Positions 20,724 to 32,179 of a DNA stretch of 64,000 nucleotides are shown here, in pieces. Numbering within the stretch: the first letter of the stretch is position 1; every line of letters starts with the position of its first letter. Source of the DNA: Pseudomonadota bacterium (lineage in GTDB: Bacteria; Pseudomonadota; Gammaproteobacteria; Nitrosococcales; Methylophagaceae); the NCBI GenBank assembly GCA_030576275.1, contig JALIBN010000008.1, positions 3,925-67,924 on the forward strand. The letters are read 5' to 3'. The notes below the pieces were generated by a model. That model had not been told where the DNA came from, did not search any database, and worked only from the letters and a program-made list of their open reading frames with translations. A program made the position numbers and the translations under genes.

Positions 20724-21657
20724 TTCGTAAACTCAAATCCTCGGGATAAGGTTGTAAATAAACCTGTTTGGCAATATAAGGATCGGGATGATTACTAAAG
20801 TGATGCTTTAATATGGTGATAGGCACTATCAACGGAACTTGTGCAGTGCGATATTGATCAATTATCTTAGAGATCTCTTGTTTTTCTTGCGCTGATAACA
20901 CTTTTTTCAAATAACCCTGTAAATGCATAAGTACATTGGTATGCGTTTTTCGTGATGCTAAGCTACTTAACTCTGTCATCAATAAGGTGAAATATCGTTC
21001 ACCTAAATCAGCGACGTCGTGCTTACCTGCATCCGCTAGCATACGCCCTAGCTCAACATAACGGGCCGGTGAATGAGCCATTAAACAATATTTATAACTC
21101 GCATGAAACTCAATAATGGCGTGATAACTCAATCCCTGCTGTTTAAGTTGTTGCCAATTATGATAAGCAAACACCCGTGTGATGAAGTTTTCTCGTAACG
21201 TGGCATCAGCCAATCGACCAGATTCTTCAACGGGTAATAAAGGCTTAGCCTCCATTACTGCTTTGGCGTAAACACCTCGACCAGCATCCGCCGCAGGATA
21301 GCCATTTTCTTGATAGACCTTGACCCGATAAACACCACAGCTGGGCGAATTTTTCATGAAGATATAACCACAAAGATCATCAAGCTGTTGTGCTTTATCC
21401 TGACTAAACTTATTCATCTTATCGGTGAAATTAATTGTGTTGTCATGGACAGCTACTACTTGAGGCGCATCAACATCACCAATCAAGCGAATAGGCCTGC
21501 GAGGAATAGTCATGCCTATACCAACTTCAGGACACTCCGCAACAAAATCAAAATAGCGTGACAGTGTTTCACTACACAAGCGCGAGTGTTTATGCCCGCC
21601 ATCGAAACGAACTTCGTTGCCCAGTAAACAGCTACTGATCCCTACTCTAATTTTCAT
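20713..21657 (-). CDS. ybgA: YbgA-like DUF523/DUF1722 protein
   Basis: I prefer ATG 21657, which has the SD AAAGGTG. The N-terminal ISSCLLGNEVRFDGGHK matches DUF523. It lies upstream of phr, as in E. coli ybgA-phr. Confidence 0.8.
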   Translation of the reverse strand: MKIRVGISSCLLGNEVRFDGGHKHSRLCSETLSRYFDFVAECPEVGIGMTIPRRPIRLIGDVDAPQVVAVHDNTINFTDKMNKFSQDKAQQLDDLCGYIFMKNSPSCGVYRVKVYQENGYPAADAGRGVYAKAVMEAKPLLPVEESGRLADATLRENFITRVFAYHNWQQLKQQGLSYHAIIEFHASYKYCLMAHSPARYVELGRMLADAGKHDVADLGERYFTLLMTELSSLASRKTHTNVLMHLQGYLKKVLSAQEKQEISKIIDQYRTAQVPLIVPITILKHHFSNHPDPYIAKQVYLQPYPEDLSLRNAI

Positions 21658-21766
21658 TGATGACACCTTTCTTAATTGACTTTAGAATAACAATACAAAA
21701 ATAGTTATACAACAATTTTATTTTGTATAGATATGTGTCATGATATGATTCAAGTAATCTAGGGCG

Positions 21767-22681
21767 ATGCATATGAGACATGTTTTAATAACAGGAGGTA
21801 CGGGACTAATAGGTTCCGCTTTATGTAAAAAATTGCTTGATAAAAATTATCAAATCACTGTGCTGAGCCGAAATCCAAATACTGTCCCCCAAAAATGCGG
21901 TCAACAAGTGGCAGGCATAAAATCACTTTCTGAAATAGGTGATAATGTTGTTATTGATGCTGTCATTAACTTGGCTGGCGAAGCGATTGCAGATAAACGA
22001 TGGTCAAAAACTCGCAAAACAGAATTGGAAGCCAGCAGAATAGATTTAACCCATGACCTTGTCGAGTGGATCGCTGAACGTCAGTTTAAACCAGAGTGTT
22101 TAATCAGCGGGTCAGCAGTTGGATGGTATGGTGATTGTGGTTCTGAGCTTATAACCGAACAGAGTAATTATCATGATGAATATACACATCATTTATGTGA
22201 AGCTTGGGAAAAATCAGCTTTAAAAGCTAAACAAACTGGGATCCGAGTTTGTATAGTGCGTACTGGTTTAGTATTAGCGGCAAAAGGTGGTTTTTTGCAA
22301 AAAATGTTACTACCATTCAAATTAGGTCTTGGCGGTAAACTGGGCCATGGAGAGCAATTTATGCCGTGGATTCATTTGACCGATATGACCAATCTACTCG
22401 CTTTTATATTAGAAGACCGTCGAGCTGATGGCGTTTTTAATGCCTGCTCTCCTAATCCCGTTACGAATAAAGTATTCACTGCCTCACTAGCAAGACAACT
22501 TCATCGTTTTGCATTTATTCCTGTGCCCGCACTGTTACTCAAGTGCTTATTAGGTGAAATGTCTCGTCTATTACTCACTGGACAGAACGCCAGACCTGAA
22601 AAAGCCCAATCAATGGGCTTTCACTTTGCTTATACTAATGTTACGTTAGCCTTAAATGATGTTTTATCCACTAATAAATGA
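21767..22681 (+). CDS. TIGR01777/YfcH-like NAD-dependent epimerase family protein
   Basis: It has the Rossmann motif ITGGTGLIGSAL. At about 300 aa, its C-terminal part resembles DUF1731-type proteins. Confidence 0.75.
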   Translation: MHMRHVLITGGTGLIGSALCKKLLDKNYQITVLSRNPNTVPQKCGQQVAGIKSLSEIGDNVVIDAVINLAGEAIADKRWSKTRKTELEASRIDLTHDLVEWIAERQFKPECLISGSAVGWYGDCGSELITEQSNYHDEYTHHLCEAWEKSALKAKQTGIRVCIVRTGLVLAAKGGFLQKMLLPFKLGLGGKLGHGEQFMPWIHLTDMTNLLAFILEDRRADGVFNACSPNPVTNKVFTASLARQLHRFAFIPVPALLLKCLLGEMSRLLLTGQNARPEKAQSMGFHFAYTNVTLALNDVLSTNK

Positions 22682-22687
22682 ATTAAT

Positions 22688-23713
22688 ATGACTAATAGAG
22701 CTGTTTTACTTGTTAATCTAGGTTCGCCTGATAATGCTGACACACCTTCTGTCAGACGCTATCTTAATCAGTTTTTGATGGATCGCTATGTGATTCAATT
22801 ACCCTGGTTAATACGCAGAATGATAGTCAGTTTATTTGTGTTACCAAAACGCCCAAAAGCATCAGCTGAAGCCTATAAAAGTGTTTGGATGGATGCTGGT
22901 TCACCATTAATCGTATTATCGCGTCGTTTAAAAGAAGCCGTGCAAGCAAGTTTAGAAATGCCAGTTTCAATAGCTATGCGCTATGGTAATCCTAGCATCG
23001 AAAGTGAATTATTAGCATTGAGTCAGGGGCCAGAGATTGATGAAATATTATATATTCCTTTATACCCTCACTATGCTGAAAGCACTGTCGCGACCTCTAT
23101 CGAAGAAGCTAAACGTATTATTGCTAAACACCAACTAAAGCTCACATTAACGGTAGTTGCCCCGTTTTATGACAATCCCGATTATATCGATGCCCTGGCA
23201 TTAAGTGCACAGCCCTATTTAAAAGAAGACTATGATCACATCTTGTTCAGTTACCATGGCTTACCAGAGTCACATATCACTAAACTCGACAAATCGGGTC
23301 AGCATTGCCTTCAACGATCTGATTGTTGCCAACAGCCCAATGATGCTCATAAAACCTGCTATAAACATCAGGTTATGCGTACTACGCAATTGTTGGTAAA
23401 TAAGTTAGGGCTAGCACAAGATAATTACTCAGTCGCCTTTCAGTCTCGTTTAGGTCGAGCCAAATGGCTGGGGCCGAATACTGAAGATCGCTTACGTGAA
23501 CTTGCCCGATCTAACGTAAAAAATGTATTAGTGATTTGCCCGGCATTTGTTACTGATTGTTTGGAAACATTAGAAGAGATTGCGATTAGAGGTCAAGAAG
23601 TATTCACTGAGGCCGGCGGCAAGAAACTAACCTTAATTCCGTGTCTTAATGACCATCCAGCATGGATTGATACATTAGCATCATGGTGTAAACCAACCAA
23701 GTCATCACCATAA
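22688..23713 (+). CDS. hemH: ferrochelatase
   Basis: 341 aa. Motifs: LLVNLGSPD, PLYPHY, FSYHGLP and the C-terminal CLETLEEI. Confidence 0.9.
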   Translation: MTNRAVLLVNLGSPDNADTPSVRRYLNQFLMDRYVIQLPWLIRRMIVSLFVLPKRPKASAEAYKSVWMDAGSPLIVLSRRLKEAVQASLEMPVSIAMRYGNPSIESELLALSQGPEIDEILYIPLYPHYAESTVATSIEEAKRIIAKHQLKLTLTVVAPFYDNPDYIDALALSAQPYLKEDYDHILFSYHGLPESHITKLDKSGQHCLQRSDCCQQPNDAHKTCYKHQVMRTTQLLVNKLGLAQDNYSVAFQSRLGRAKWLGPNTEDRLRELARSNVKNVLVICPAFVTDCLETLEEIAIRGQEVFTEAGGKKLTLIPCLNDHPAWIDTLASWCKPTKSSP

Positions 23714-23751
23714 TGCTAATACACCAATACTAAAGGGTCATTTTTTGAATT

Positions 23752-25389
23752 TTAATCTCGAAGAGAACGGATTAGTTTAATCAAGTTAGTAGTAGAACTA
23801 TCATGAGCTGAGATTTCAGCTCCATCTTGTAGATCAGGCAGAATAGCTTTCGCAAGCTGTTTGCCAAGCTCAACACCCCACTGGTCAAATGAGTTAATAT
23901 TCCAAATCACACCCTGAACAAATACTTTATGTTCATATAGTGCAACTAGCTGACCTAGCATTTCAGGTGTTAATTTAGGGACTATCAAGGTGTTACTTGG
24001 GCGATTACCAGGGAATACTTTATGTGGCAACAATGCCTCCAAAGCCTTACCTTCATATCCCTCTTCTGCCAATTCAATGCGTACTTCTTCAGCATTTTTG
24101 CCTTTCATTAATGCTTCTGATTGTGCTAAACCATTTGCTAACAAAATAGCTTGGTGGTCACATTCAGGATAATGGCTGTTAACTGGCAAGACAAAATCAA
24201 CAGGTATTAATTGTGTACCTTGATGGATAAGTTGGAAGTAGGCATGTTGACCGTTGGTACCAGGCGTTCCCCAAATAACAGGACCCGTTCTATAACTTAT
24301 ACGATGCCCTTCACGATTAGTCACTTTACCGTTACTTTCCATATCTAATTGTTGCATATGACTAGGAAAACGGGCGAGTGAGTGATCATAAGGCACTATC
24401 GCGTGAGTATGTGCACCGAAGAAATTAATGTACCACACACCTAATAAACCCATAATTACCGGCATGTTTTCAGACAATGGTTGGTTACGGAAATGGTTAT
24501 CCATTTCATGGCCACCATCAAGCAGTCGCTCAAAATTATCCATGCCTACATAAAGCGCAATAGGTAATCCAATGGCACTCCACAATGAATAACGACCGCC
24601 GACCCAATCCCAAATTTCAAACATATTCGCAGTGTCAATACCAAACTCAGTAACTGCTTTGGCATTTGTAGACACCGCGACAAAATGTTTAGCTACATCA
24701 GGCTGCTTAGCCGTTTTCAAAAACCACGAACGAGCTGATTGAGCATTGGTTAGTGTTTCTTGCGTAGTGAAGGTCTTAGACGCGACCACAAATAACGTTG
24801 TTTCTTGGTTAAGGTTCTCAAGTGTAGTACTTAGATCAGTACCATCAACATTGGATACAAAATGAACACTGATACCTTCAATGCCATATGGTTCAAGCGC
24901 ATCACATATCATCGCAGGACCAAGATCTGAACCACCAATACCAATATTTACGATATCTGTAATCTTCTTGCCAGAGTAGCCAAGCCATTCACCACTATGA
25001 ACTTGATGACAGAAGTTTTTCATTTGTGATAACACTGCATTGACAGCAAGCATCACGTCTTCACCATCAACCATTACTGGTGTATTACTTCGATTACGTA
25101 AAGCGGTATGAAGCACGGCTCTACCTTCCGTGTTATTGATCGCTTCACCAGAGAACATTCGTTCAATCCAGTCTGGGATATTGACTGACTCAGCTAACGC
25201 CAGTAATTTTTCCACGGTTTCTTTAGTGATACGATTTTTTGAATAATCTAAAAGCAAATCGCCACTTTTTAATGAAAAATTATGAACACGATCAGAATCT
25301 AATGCAAATTGTTCACGCATAGATAAAAATTTGAGGTCAGAATAGTGACGAACTAAGGACTGCCATTCAGGTATATTTAAGGGGGTCAT
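23752..25389 (-). CDS. pgi: glucose-6-phosphate isomerase
   Basis: 545 aa. Motifs: [21 protein letters not shown] and ESNGK. Confidence 0.95.
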   Translation of the reverse strand: MTPLNIPEWQSLVRHYSDLKFLSMREQFALDSDRVHNFSLKSGDLLLDYSKNRITKETVEKLLALAESVNIPDWIERMFSGEAINNTEGRAVLHTALRNRSNTPVMVDGEDVMLAVNAVLSQMKNFCHQVHSGEWLGYSGKKITDIVNIGIGGSDLGPAMICDALEPYGIEGISVHFVSNVDGTDLSTTLENLNQETTLFVVASKTFTTQETLTNAQSARSWFLKTAKQPDVAKHFVAVSTNAKAVTEFGIDTANMFEIWDWVGGRYSLWSAIGLPIALYVGMDNFERLLDGGHEMDNHFRNQPLSENMPVIMGLLGVWYINFFGAHTHAIVPYDHSLARFPSHMQQLDMESNGKVTNREGHRISYRTGPVIWGTPGTNGQHAYFQLIHQGTQLIPVDFVLPVNSHYPECDHQAILLANGLAQSEALMKGKNAEEVRIELAEEGYEGKALEALLPHKVFPGNRPSNTLIVPKLTPEMLGQLVALYEHKVFVQGVIWNINSFDQWGVELGKQLAKAILPDLQDGAEISAHDSSTTNLIKLIRSLRD

Positions 25390-25404
25390 TGTATTCTTCT
25401 ATTT

Positions 25405-26661
25405 TTATTGTTGTAAATAATCCGCTATTGCATTCCACGCAATAGTTTCTTGCTCGCCAGTTACCATTGTTTTCACGCCTACTACTTTTTTATTTATTTC
25501 ATCGTCACCCAAAATAAAAGTCCAGCGGGCACCACTTCTATCTGCACGTTTAAATTGGTTTTTAAAACTACCACCACCACAGTGAGTAATCAATTTTAAA
25601 TCAGGAAGCTGGTCACGCAACTGCTCTGCCAATAGTAATGATTGACTCGCGGCGGCCTCACCGACAGCGACTAAATACACATCAACTGCATCTGTCTCAG
25701 GTAAAGAGTCGGTTGCCTCTAATAGCGAAATTAAGCGCTCCAACCCAATGGCAAAACCAATGGCTGTTGCGCCTTTTCCACCAAGTTGAGCAACCAAACC
25801 ATCATATCGACCACCAGCACATATCGTGCCTTGTGAACCTAATTGGTCGGTAACCCATTCAAACACTGTTTTGCCATAATAATCTAAGCCACGTACTAAG
25901 CGAGGATTGATCTCATAAACTAAACCTGCCTGATCAAGTATTTGGCATAAGATAGCAAATTCTTGCCTCGATTCATCATCTAGGTGATCAATTAATTTAG
26001 GAGCGGCATCATTTAGTGCCTGCATTGCTGGATTTTTGCTGTCTAAAATACGCAATGGATTAGTATGAAGTCGTCGCTGACTGTCTTCATCCAATTCATC
26101 TTGATGCATTTCAAAATAGGCGACCAATACATCACGATATGCTAAGCGTGCCTCTGTAGAACCCAGTGAATTGATTTGTAAACTAGCACCTTTTAAACCT
26201 AATGTTTTCCACAAGCGCGCTGTCATCAAAATCATCTCAGCATCGATATCAGGTCCATTAAAACCATATGCCTCAACACCTACTTGATGAAACTGTCGAT
26301 AACGCCCCTTCTGGGGCCGCTCATGGCGAAACATTGGTCCCATATACCAAAGCCGTTGCGTTTGATTAAGCATGCCATTTTGCATCGCCGCACGAACACA
26401 ACCTGCAGTACCTTCGGGTCGCAAGGTCAAATTATCGCCATTACGATCCGCAAAGGTATACATTTCTTTTTCGACAATATCAGTCACTTCACCAATAGAG
26501 CGGCAGAATAACTCAGTTTTTTCAACAATCGGAAAACGAATTTCCTGATAGCCATAACTCGTTAACACTTTTTTCAAAGCAGACTCAACTGCCTGCCAGT
26601 AAGGTGTAACATCTGGGAGAATGTCATTCATTCCCCGAATAGAACGGATAATTTCAGCCAC
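25405..26661 (-). CDS. hisS: histidine--tRNA ligase
   Basis: 418 aa. Class II motifs include [19 protein letters not shown] and GGGRYDGL. Confidence 0.95.
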   Translation of the reverse strand: MAEIIRSIRGMNDILPDVTPYWQAVESALKKVLTSYGYQEIRFPIVEKTELFCRSIGEVTDIVEKEMYTFADRNGDNLTLRPEGTAGCVRAAMQNGMLNQTQRLWYMGPMFRHERPQKGRYRQFHQVGVEAYGFNGPDIDAEMILMTARLWKTLGLKGASLQINSLGSTEARLAYRDVLVAYFEMHQDELDEDSQRRLHTNPLRILDSKNPAMQALNDAAPKLIDHLDDESRQEFAILCQILDQAGLVYEINPRLVRGLDYYGKTVFEWVTDQLGSQGTICAGGRYDGLVAQLGGKGATAIGFAIGLERLISLLEATDSLPETDAVDVYLVAVGEAAASQSLLLAEQLRDQLPDLKLITHCGGGSFKNQFKRADRSGARWTFILGDDEINKKVVGVKTMVTGEQETIAWNAIADYLQQ

Positions 26662-26663
26662 GC

Positions 26664-27788
26664 TTAACTTAGTACCTTTATTGGAATAATTTTTTCTGGA
26701 TGTGATACCTGTTGCTGACGGGCAATACGTTGTCGTATTTCCCGCTCCAACTCATCAACGATCGATTTATTATCGACCTTATGACTAGGCTTGCCATCAA
26801 CATAAAGTAAATTTGGCTCACCGCCTGCGAGTCCAAAAGTAGCCTCTTTTGCTTCACCAGGACCATTAACTACGCAACCAATAACCGCGACATCCATCGG
26901 CTCTAAAATATCTTCTAGACGACGTTCTAGTTCATTGACTGTGGAAATAACATCAAATTGTTGGCGCGAGCATGATGGGCAGGCAATTAAGTTTATGCCT
27001 TTATTTCTAATTCTAAGACTTTTCAAAATATCAAAACCGACACGAATTTCTTCAACCGGATCAGCTGCTAGTGACACCCTAATAGTGTCGCCAATACCCT
27101 CTGCTAATAACATGCCCAAACCGATAGCAGACTTCACTGAGCCTGAACGTAAACCACCCGCTTCAGTAATACCTAAATGTAAGGGTTGTTCAATTTGTGA
27201 TGCCAATATGCGGTAGGCTTGTACCGTCATGAACACATCCGATGCCTTTAAGCTCACCTTAAATTCGGGATAATTCAATCTATCCAGAATATCAATATGC
27301 CGCAAAGCTGATTCCACTAAGGCAGCAGGTGTTGGCTCACCATATTTTTTTTGTAAATCTTTTTCTAAAGAGCCGGCATTGACACCAATTCGAATTGGAA
27401 TTCCATGGTCACGTGCGCTATCAATAACCGAACGAACGCGGTCTTCTCGACCGATGTTACCTGGATTAATACGTAAACAATCAACGCCTAGTTCTGCCAC
27501 ACGTAGTGCAATCTTGTAATCAAAGTGAATGTCAGCAACCAAGGGTATATTGACTCTCTTTTTGATTTCACCAAATGCTTCCGCCGCATCCATACTCGGT
27601 ACAGAGACTCTTACAATATCAGCGCCTACATTTTGTAAGGCAATAATTTGTGCTACGGTTGCATTTACATCACAGGTTTCTGTATTGGTCATGCTTTGAA
27701 CAGCAATAGGGGCATCGCCACCCACAGGCACATTACCAACCATGATTTGTCTAGATTTTCTGCGAATAATATTGGTCGGTGATGCCAT
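26664..27788 (-). CDS. ispG: 4-hydroxy-3-methylbut-2-en-1-yl diphosphate synthase
   Basis: 374 aa. Motifs: [28 protein letters not shown] and CPSCSR. Confidence 0.95.
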   Translation of the reverse strand: MASPTNIIRRKSRQIMVGNVPVGGDAPIAVQSMTNTETCDVNATVAQIIALQNVGADIVRVSVPSMDAAEAFGEIKKRVNIPLVADIHFDYKIALRVAELGVDCLRINPGNIGREDRVRSVIDSARDHGIPIRIGVNAGSLEKDLQKKYGEPTPAALVESALRHIDILDRLNYPEFKVSLKASDVFMTVQAYRILASQIEQPLHLGITEAGGLRSGSVKSAIGLGMLLAEGIGDTIRVSLAADPVEEIRVGFDILKSLRIRNKGINLIACPSCSRQQFDVISTVNELERRLEDILEPMDVAVIGCVVNGPGEAKEATFGLAGGEPNLLYVDGKPSHKVDNKSIVDELEREIRQRIARQQQVSHPEKIIPIKVLS

Positions 27789-28813
27789 TAAGACTCTGCT
27801 CCTAAAGTAAATCGTGCTACATCTCGTTCCGTAAACGCCGATGGGTCAAACAGTTCATCATTAAATCTAATTTGCGTAACTGATGCGCGACCAAGCGTAA
27901 CGGTGAAAGGAATTCGTCCCTTCAAGATAATTGAATCATTTTTTGTCATTAACTTATCAAGCAAAATCTTATTGTCTGCGTCCCTCACTTGAACCCAACA
28001 TTCATCACTAAAACGTAAATCAAGCATCGCTTCTAATGAGGTTAGCGTAGTATTTTCAGGCGTGAGTTTATTATTAATCGATTCTTCAGTTGAGGTTACC
28101 ACAGCATTTTCAGGCGTAAGTTCATTATTAATCGATTCTTCAGTAAGGTCGCCTTCTAATCCAACAGCCTCTAATTCTGTACCCATAACTATTTCGGAGA
28201 TATCTCTAGACGCATCTTTACTTTGTTCGCTATTAACCAGAATTTCCGTATCTGCGCTTACAAGTTGATCTTGCTCATTCATCTCTATCTGAGAGTATGG
28301 CACAATATCCTCATATTCTTTGCTGGTCTTATCTTTAGAAGAAGTAGAGTTGTTATCTGGCGTTGAGAGAAATGAAGGTGAAGCCTCCTCCATCCCAATC
28401 TCAGCCGTATTATCCATTTGCTGAAATGCAAGCCAGCCAATAACTAATACGATAATAAACAATAAACTGGGTAGCCAAACAAATTTTTTGTTAGTAATTT
28501 CAATTTGATTTCGAGCGACTGATAGAGTGGGTTCAGCTATAGTATATTCAATATTAAATGCCGCTAAAAACTCATCTTCTGGCAAACCAAGATACTTAAC
28601 ATAGTTAGTGAAGTAGCCTCTAGCATAAGCTCGGCCATGAAGTTCACTCCAGCTTTCATTTTCAATAAGTTCAATCGTCTGCTTAGAGAGTCTTAATTCA
28701 GTAGCAATATCTCCAATAGTTAATTTTTTCGCCTCTCTCGCCTGAGAAAGACGTTTGCCGAGTGTTAGGGTTTTATCGATTATTATTTCATTATCATTAA
28801 CATCGGTGATCAT
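27788..28813 (-). CDS. rodZ: cytoskeleton protein RodZ
   Basis: It has an N-terminal XRE-type HTH ([26 protein letters not shown]), one TM segment and a C-terminal DUF4115-like domain. It lies between ispG and pilW. Confidence 0.8.
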   Translation of the reverse strand: MITDVNDNEIIIDKTLTLGKRLSQAREAKKLTIGDIATELRLSKQTIELIENESWSELHGRAYARGYFTNYVKYLGLPEDEFLAAFNIEYTIAEPTLSVARNQIEITNKKFVWLPSLLFIIVLVIGWLAFQQMDNTAEIGMEEASPSFLSTPDNNSTSSKDKTSKEYEDIVPYSQIEMNEQDQLVSADTEILVNSEQSKDASRDISEIVMGTELEAVGLEGDLTEESINNELTPENAVVTSTEESINNKLTPENTTLTSLEAMLDLRFSDECWVQVRDADNKILLDKLMTKNDSIILKGRIPFTVTLGRASVTQIRFNDELFDPSAFTERDVARFTLGAES

Positions 28814-29587
28814 TTAATACTGTCCTTTTGTAACCTGTAGCGCCTCATCTGAATCAGGGAATCGAGCGCGTAAGATTAAGCTATAGCTAGCAACGGCATC
28901 TTTATCTCCCATTTTACTAGCTAGTTTAATAGCTAATAACAACGCTTGTGGTGACCATTGTGAAACAGCTTGATAGCGATCCAGATAAGATTTTGCTTGG
29001 TCATATTCAATATTTAGATAACTTAGTTCCGACATTTGTAATAATGATTTACTTAATCGTGGATTAATTTGTAAGGCTTTACGGAAATGCTGCTCTGCTA
29101 AGGTAGCATCAGGAATTAAACCAACACAAATCCCAGCATTTTCAAGTGCTTGGTCAGCATCAGTATAAAGTGGATTTTTTATTGCCTGTAAAAATCGTTG
29201 TTCAGCTTCTTTATAACGTTTCTGTTCGCACAAAAAAACACCATAATTGTTTTGTGCTTCAGAATAGTCGGGCGACCGTTCAACTGCTTCTTGGAAGTGA
29301 TGTTCGGCTTTTTCCATCTCCCCTAAGCGCTGGTATAAAACACCTATCGTATTATGCGTACTGGGTAAATTTGGGTCTTGCTGTAATGACCGTTGTAACT
29401 TATCCAATGCCACCTGATAGTCACCACGTTGCATATAGTTCAAACCTAATCGCATATTGATTTCTGCAGCTTTTTCATCCGGTGCAATATACTCAGTCGG
29501 TGTTCGCGTTCCACCAGTAGATGTGCAGCCTGCTAGTACTACAACTAGCATTAATACACCGCTCTTGGCCATTAATCTCGTCATCAT
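28814..29587 (-). CDS. pilW: type IV pilus biogenesis/stability TPR lipoprotein PilW
   Basis: It has the lipobox VLAGCTS and several TPR repeats. The conserved position is between rlmN and rodZ. Confidence 0.8.
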   Translation of the reverse strand: MMTRLMAKSGVLMLVVVLAGCTSTGGTRTPTEYIAPDEKAAEINMRLGLNYMQRGDYQVALDKLQRSLQQDPNLPSTHNTIGVLYQRLGEMEKAEHHFQEAVERSPDYSEAQNNYGVFLCEQKRYKEAEQRFLQAIKNPLYTDADQALENAGICVGLIPDATLAEQHFRKALQINPRLSKSLLQMSELSYLNIEYDQAKSYLDRYQAVSQWSPQALLLAIKLASKMGDKDAVASYSLILRARFPDSDEALQVTKGQY

Positions 29588-30684
29588 AGTGATGCAACAA
29601 GTTTTTGTGCCGCAAGGCGACGTTCTGCTCTCCGAGTTTTATCTTGCACTTCACCCGCTAACTGACCGCAAGCTGCTACAATATCATCGCCACGGGTTTT
29701 TCTCACTGTAGCCACTAATCCAGCATCAGTTAATTGTTTCTGAAAACGTAAAATTACTGTCTTAGACGAACATACATAATCCGTCCCCGGAAATGGGTTA
29801 AACGGTATTAGATTTATTTTGGTCGGTAGATCTTTCAAGATCCTTATCAAATCTTTGGCATCTTGGGCCGAATCATTTATATCTTTCAGCATTACATATT
29901 CAATGGTGATGTGACGACGTTGCTGGACGTCTACATAACGTTTACAAGCGGCTAATAATTCAGCAATAGGATACTTATCGTTCAGTGGGATAATTTCACT
30001 GCGTAATTTATCGTTAGCAGCATGTAGTGAGATGGCAAGACTAACGTGGCAATCTTCACGCAACTTATCAATCATCGGCACCATACCTGAGGTACTCAAC
30101 GTAACTCGGCGCCATGAGATACCATAGGCTAAATCATCACGCATTAGATTCATCGCAGAAATTACATTCTTGTAATTAGCTAACGGTTCACCCATGCCCA
30201 TCATCACGACATTAGTTACCACGCGATTACCCTTAGGATCTTTACCTAAGGCCTCATTAGCCAACCATACTTGCCCAATAATTTCGCTAGCGGTCAAATT
30301 ACGATTGAAGCCTTGTTGTGCTGTTGAACAGAACGTGCAGGCTAAGGCACAACCCACTTGTGATGACACGCATAAAGTGCCACGTCCTTTCTCTGGTATA
30401 TATACCGTTTCAATTGAATTACCGCATGACAATCGGATGATCCACTTTCGCGTGCCATCTGTTGAAATATGCTCATGCAACACTTCAGGTGGCTTAACTT
30501 CAGCAACCTCTAATAACTTTTCTCGTAAGACTTTGCTCAAATTCGTCATTTCAGCAAAATCAACGACCCTATATTGGTGAATCCATTGCAATAACTGACG
30601 CGCACGGAAAGATTTCTCATCAATCTGATCAAAAAATTCTTCTAGACCTCTAAGGTCTAAACCTAATAGATTCGTACGCGACAT
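29584..30684 (-). CDS. rlmN: 23S rRNA/tRNA adenine-C2 methyltransferase RlmN (radical SAM)
   Basis: Start moved to ATG 30684 (MSRTNLLGL); ATG 30690 is also possible. The radical-SAM motif is CALACTFC and the C-terminal motif is AACGQL. Confidence 0.9.
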   Translation of the reverse strand: MSRTNLLGLDLRGLEEFFDQIDEKSFRARQLLQWIHQYRVVDFAEMTNLSKVLREKLLEVAEVKPPEVLHEHISTDGTRKWIIRLSCGNSIETVYIPEKGRGTLCVSSQVGCALACTFCSTAQQGFNRNLTASEIIGQVWLANEALGKDPKGNRVVTNVVMMGMGEPLANYKNVISAMNLMRDDLAYGISWRRVTLSTSGMVPMIDKLREDCHVSLAISLHAANDKLRSEIIPLNDKYPIAELLAACKRYVDVQQRRHITIEYVMLKDINDSAQDAKDLIRILKDLPTKINLIPFNPFPGTDYVCSSKTVILRFQKQLTDAGLVATVRKTRGDDIVAACGQLAGEVQDKTRRAERRLAAQKLVASL

Positions 30685-30700
30685 AATCATTAACGCTCGC

Positions 30701-31132
30701 TTATCGTGTGCGTACACAAAGTTGATCTTCAGTAAAGAAATATGCAATTTCACGTGCTGCACTTTCAACTGAATCAGAACCATGAGCTGCATTTTCATCA
30801 ATGCTTTCTGCGAAATCTGCACGGATTGTGCCGGCTTCAGCATCAGCTGGGTTAGTTGCGCCCATCAAATCACGATTTTTCAAAACTGCGCCTTCGCCTT
30901 CTAATACTTGAACCATAACCGGGCCCGAAGTCATAAAGCTAACGAGGTCTTTAAAGAAAGGTCGTGCGCTGTGCTCAGCATAAAAACCTTCTGCTTGAAC
31001 TTGTGTTAAGTGAATCATTCTTGCTGCTACGATGCTTAAACCCGCTTTTTCAAAGCGTGAGTAAATATCGCCAATAACATTTTTTGCTACTGCGTCTGGT
31101 TTGATAATAGAAATGGTGCGTTCAATCGCCAT
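30701..31132 (-). CDS. ndk: nucleoside-diphosphate kinase
   Basis: 143 aa. Motifs: [12 protein letters not shown] and the active-site NAAHGSDS. Confidence 0.95.
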   Translation of the reverse strand: MAIERTISIIKPDAVAKNVIGDIYSRFEKAGLSIVAARMIHLTQVQAEGFYAEHSARPFFKDLVSFMTSGPVMVQVLEGEGAVLKNRDLMGATNPADAEAGTIRADFAESIDENAAHGSDSVESAAREIAYFFTEDQLCVRTR

Positions 31133-31306
31133 CTGTAATCTCCGATAAGGATAGTTAAATAAAAATAAGAGTATTTTAGCATTTTCTATCTAATCTGTTA
31201 GTTCTATTTAAATAAGAAGCGGCTATAAACTATTTTAATTTTGGTTTTCTATCACAAAACAATTACTATCTTATTAATTAATATTTTTTAGAGTGTTGTT
31301 ATTTGT

Positions 31307-32179
31307 ATGAACTCAACTTTTGAACGCATAGGACTTTTTATCCGTAAAGACGATCCCGTTATGGAAAAAGCAGTGGTTCAAATAACTGAATTCTTACTAT
31401 CTCAATCGCGGACTATTTTTGTCAATGAACCCCTTAGCTTTTTACCTGAACTAAAGGTCGTTTCGATTAGCGATTTCCCGCAACAGGTAGATCTTACGAT
31501 TGCTATTGGTGGTGATGGCACCTTACTCTCGGCATCAAGAGCGCTCTCTGGTAGTGGAATGTGCCTCGTCGGTATTAATGTAGGTCGTTTGGGATTTTTA
31601 GCCGATCTCACCTTAGCAAAACTAGCGCCGCAACTATCAGAAATTTTAGCAGGTCATTATCGAGAAGACACACGATTTTTAATGCAAGCTAGCGTTATAA
31701 ATGACACCGCAAAATTTATCGGCAAAGCGATGAATGATGTTGTCGTTCATTCGCATCAAAGCCTTCATATGATCGAATTTGAAACATATATAAACGGTCG
31801 ATTCTTAAACAGTCAACGTGCTGACGGTCTAGTCATTGCTACACCGACCGGATCAACCGCCTATGCAATGTCAGCCGGCGGACCGATTCTTGATGTCAAT
31901 CTTGACGTCTTAGTTTTGGCGACAGTCTGTCCTCACACTTTGAGTAATAGGCCTTTAGTTGTCGCAGCCAACAGTATCATTGATATTGTATTAAGCGATA
32001 ATAACGACACATCTGCCATGGTCACCTGCGATGGGCGTCCAGGCAAAGAATTACAAGCTGGTGATATCATTCGCATCGAACGCCATCCCAGCACTATCAA
32101 ATTATTACATTTGGAAGATCATGACCATTATTCCATCCTACGCGCCAAACTTGAGTGGGGACGTAAACTTACATGCTAA
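31307..32179 (+). CDS. nadK: NAD(+) kinase
   Basis: 290 aa. Motifs: GGDGTLL and ATPTGSTAYAMSAGGPI. Confidence 0.9.
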   Translation: MNSTFERIGLFIRKDDPVMEKAVVQITEFLLSQSRTIFVNEPLSFLPELKVVSISDFPQQVDLTIAIGGDGTLLSASRALSGSGMCLVGINVGRLGFLADLTLAKLAPQLSEILAGHYREDTRFLMQASVINDTAKFIGKAMNDVVVHSHQSLHMIEFETYINGRFLNSQRADGLVIATPTGSTAYAMSAGGPILDVNLDVLVLATVCPHTLSNRPLVVAANSIIDIVLSDNNDTSAMVTCDGRPGKELQAGDIIRIERHPSTIKLLHLEDHDHYSILRAKLEWGRKLTC

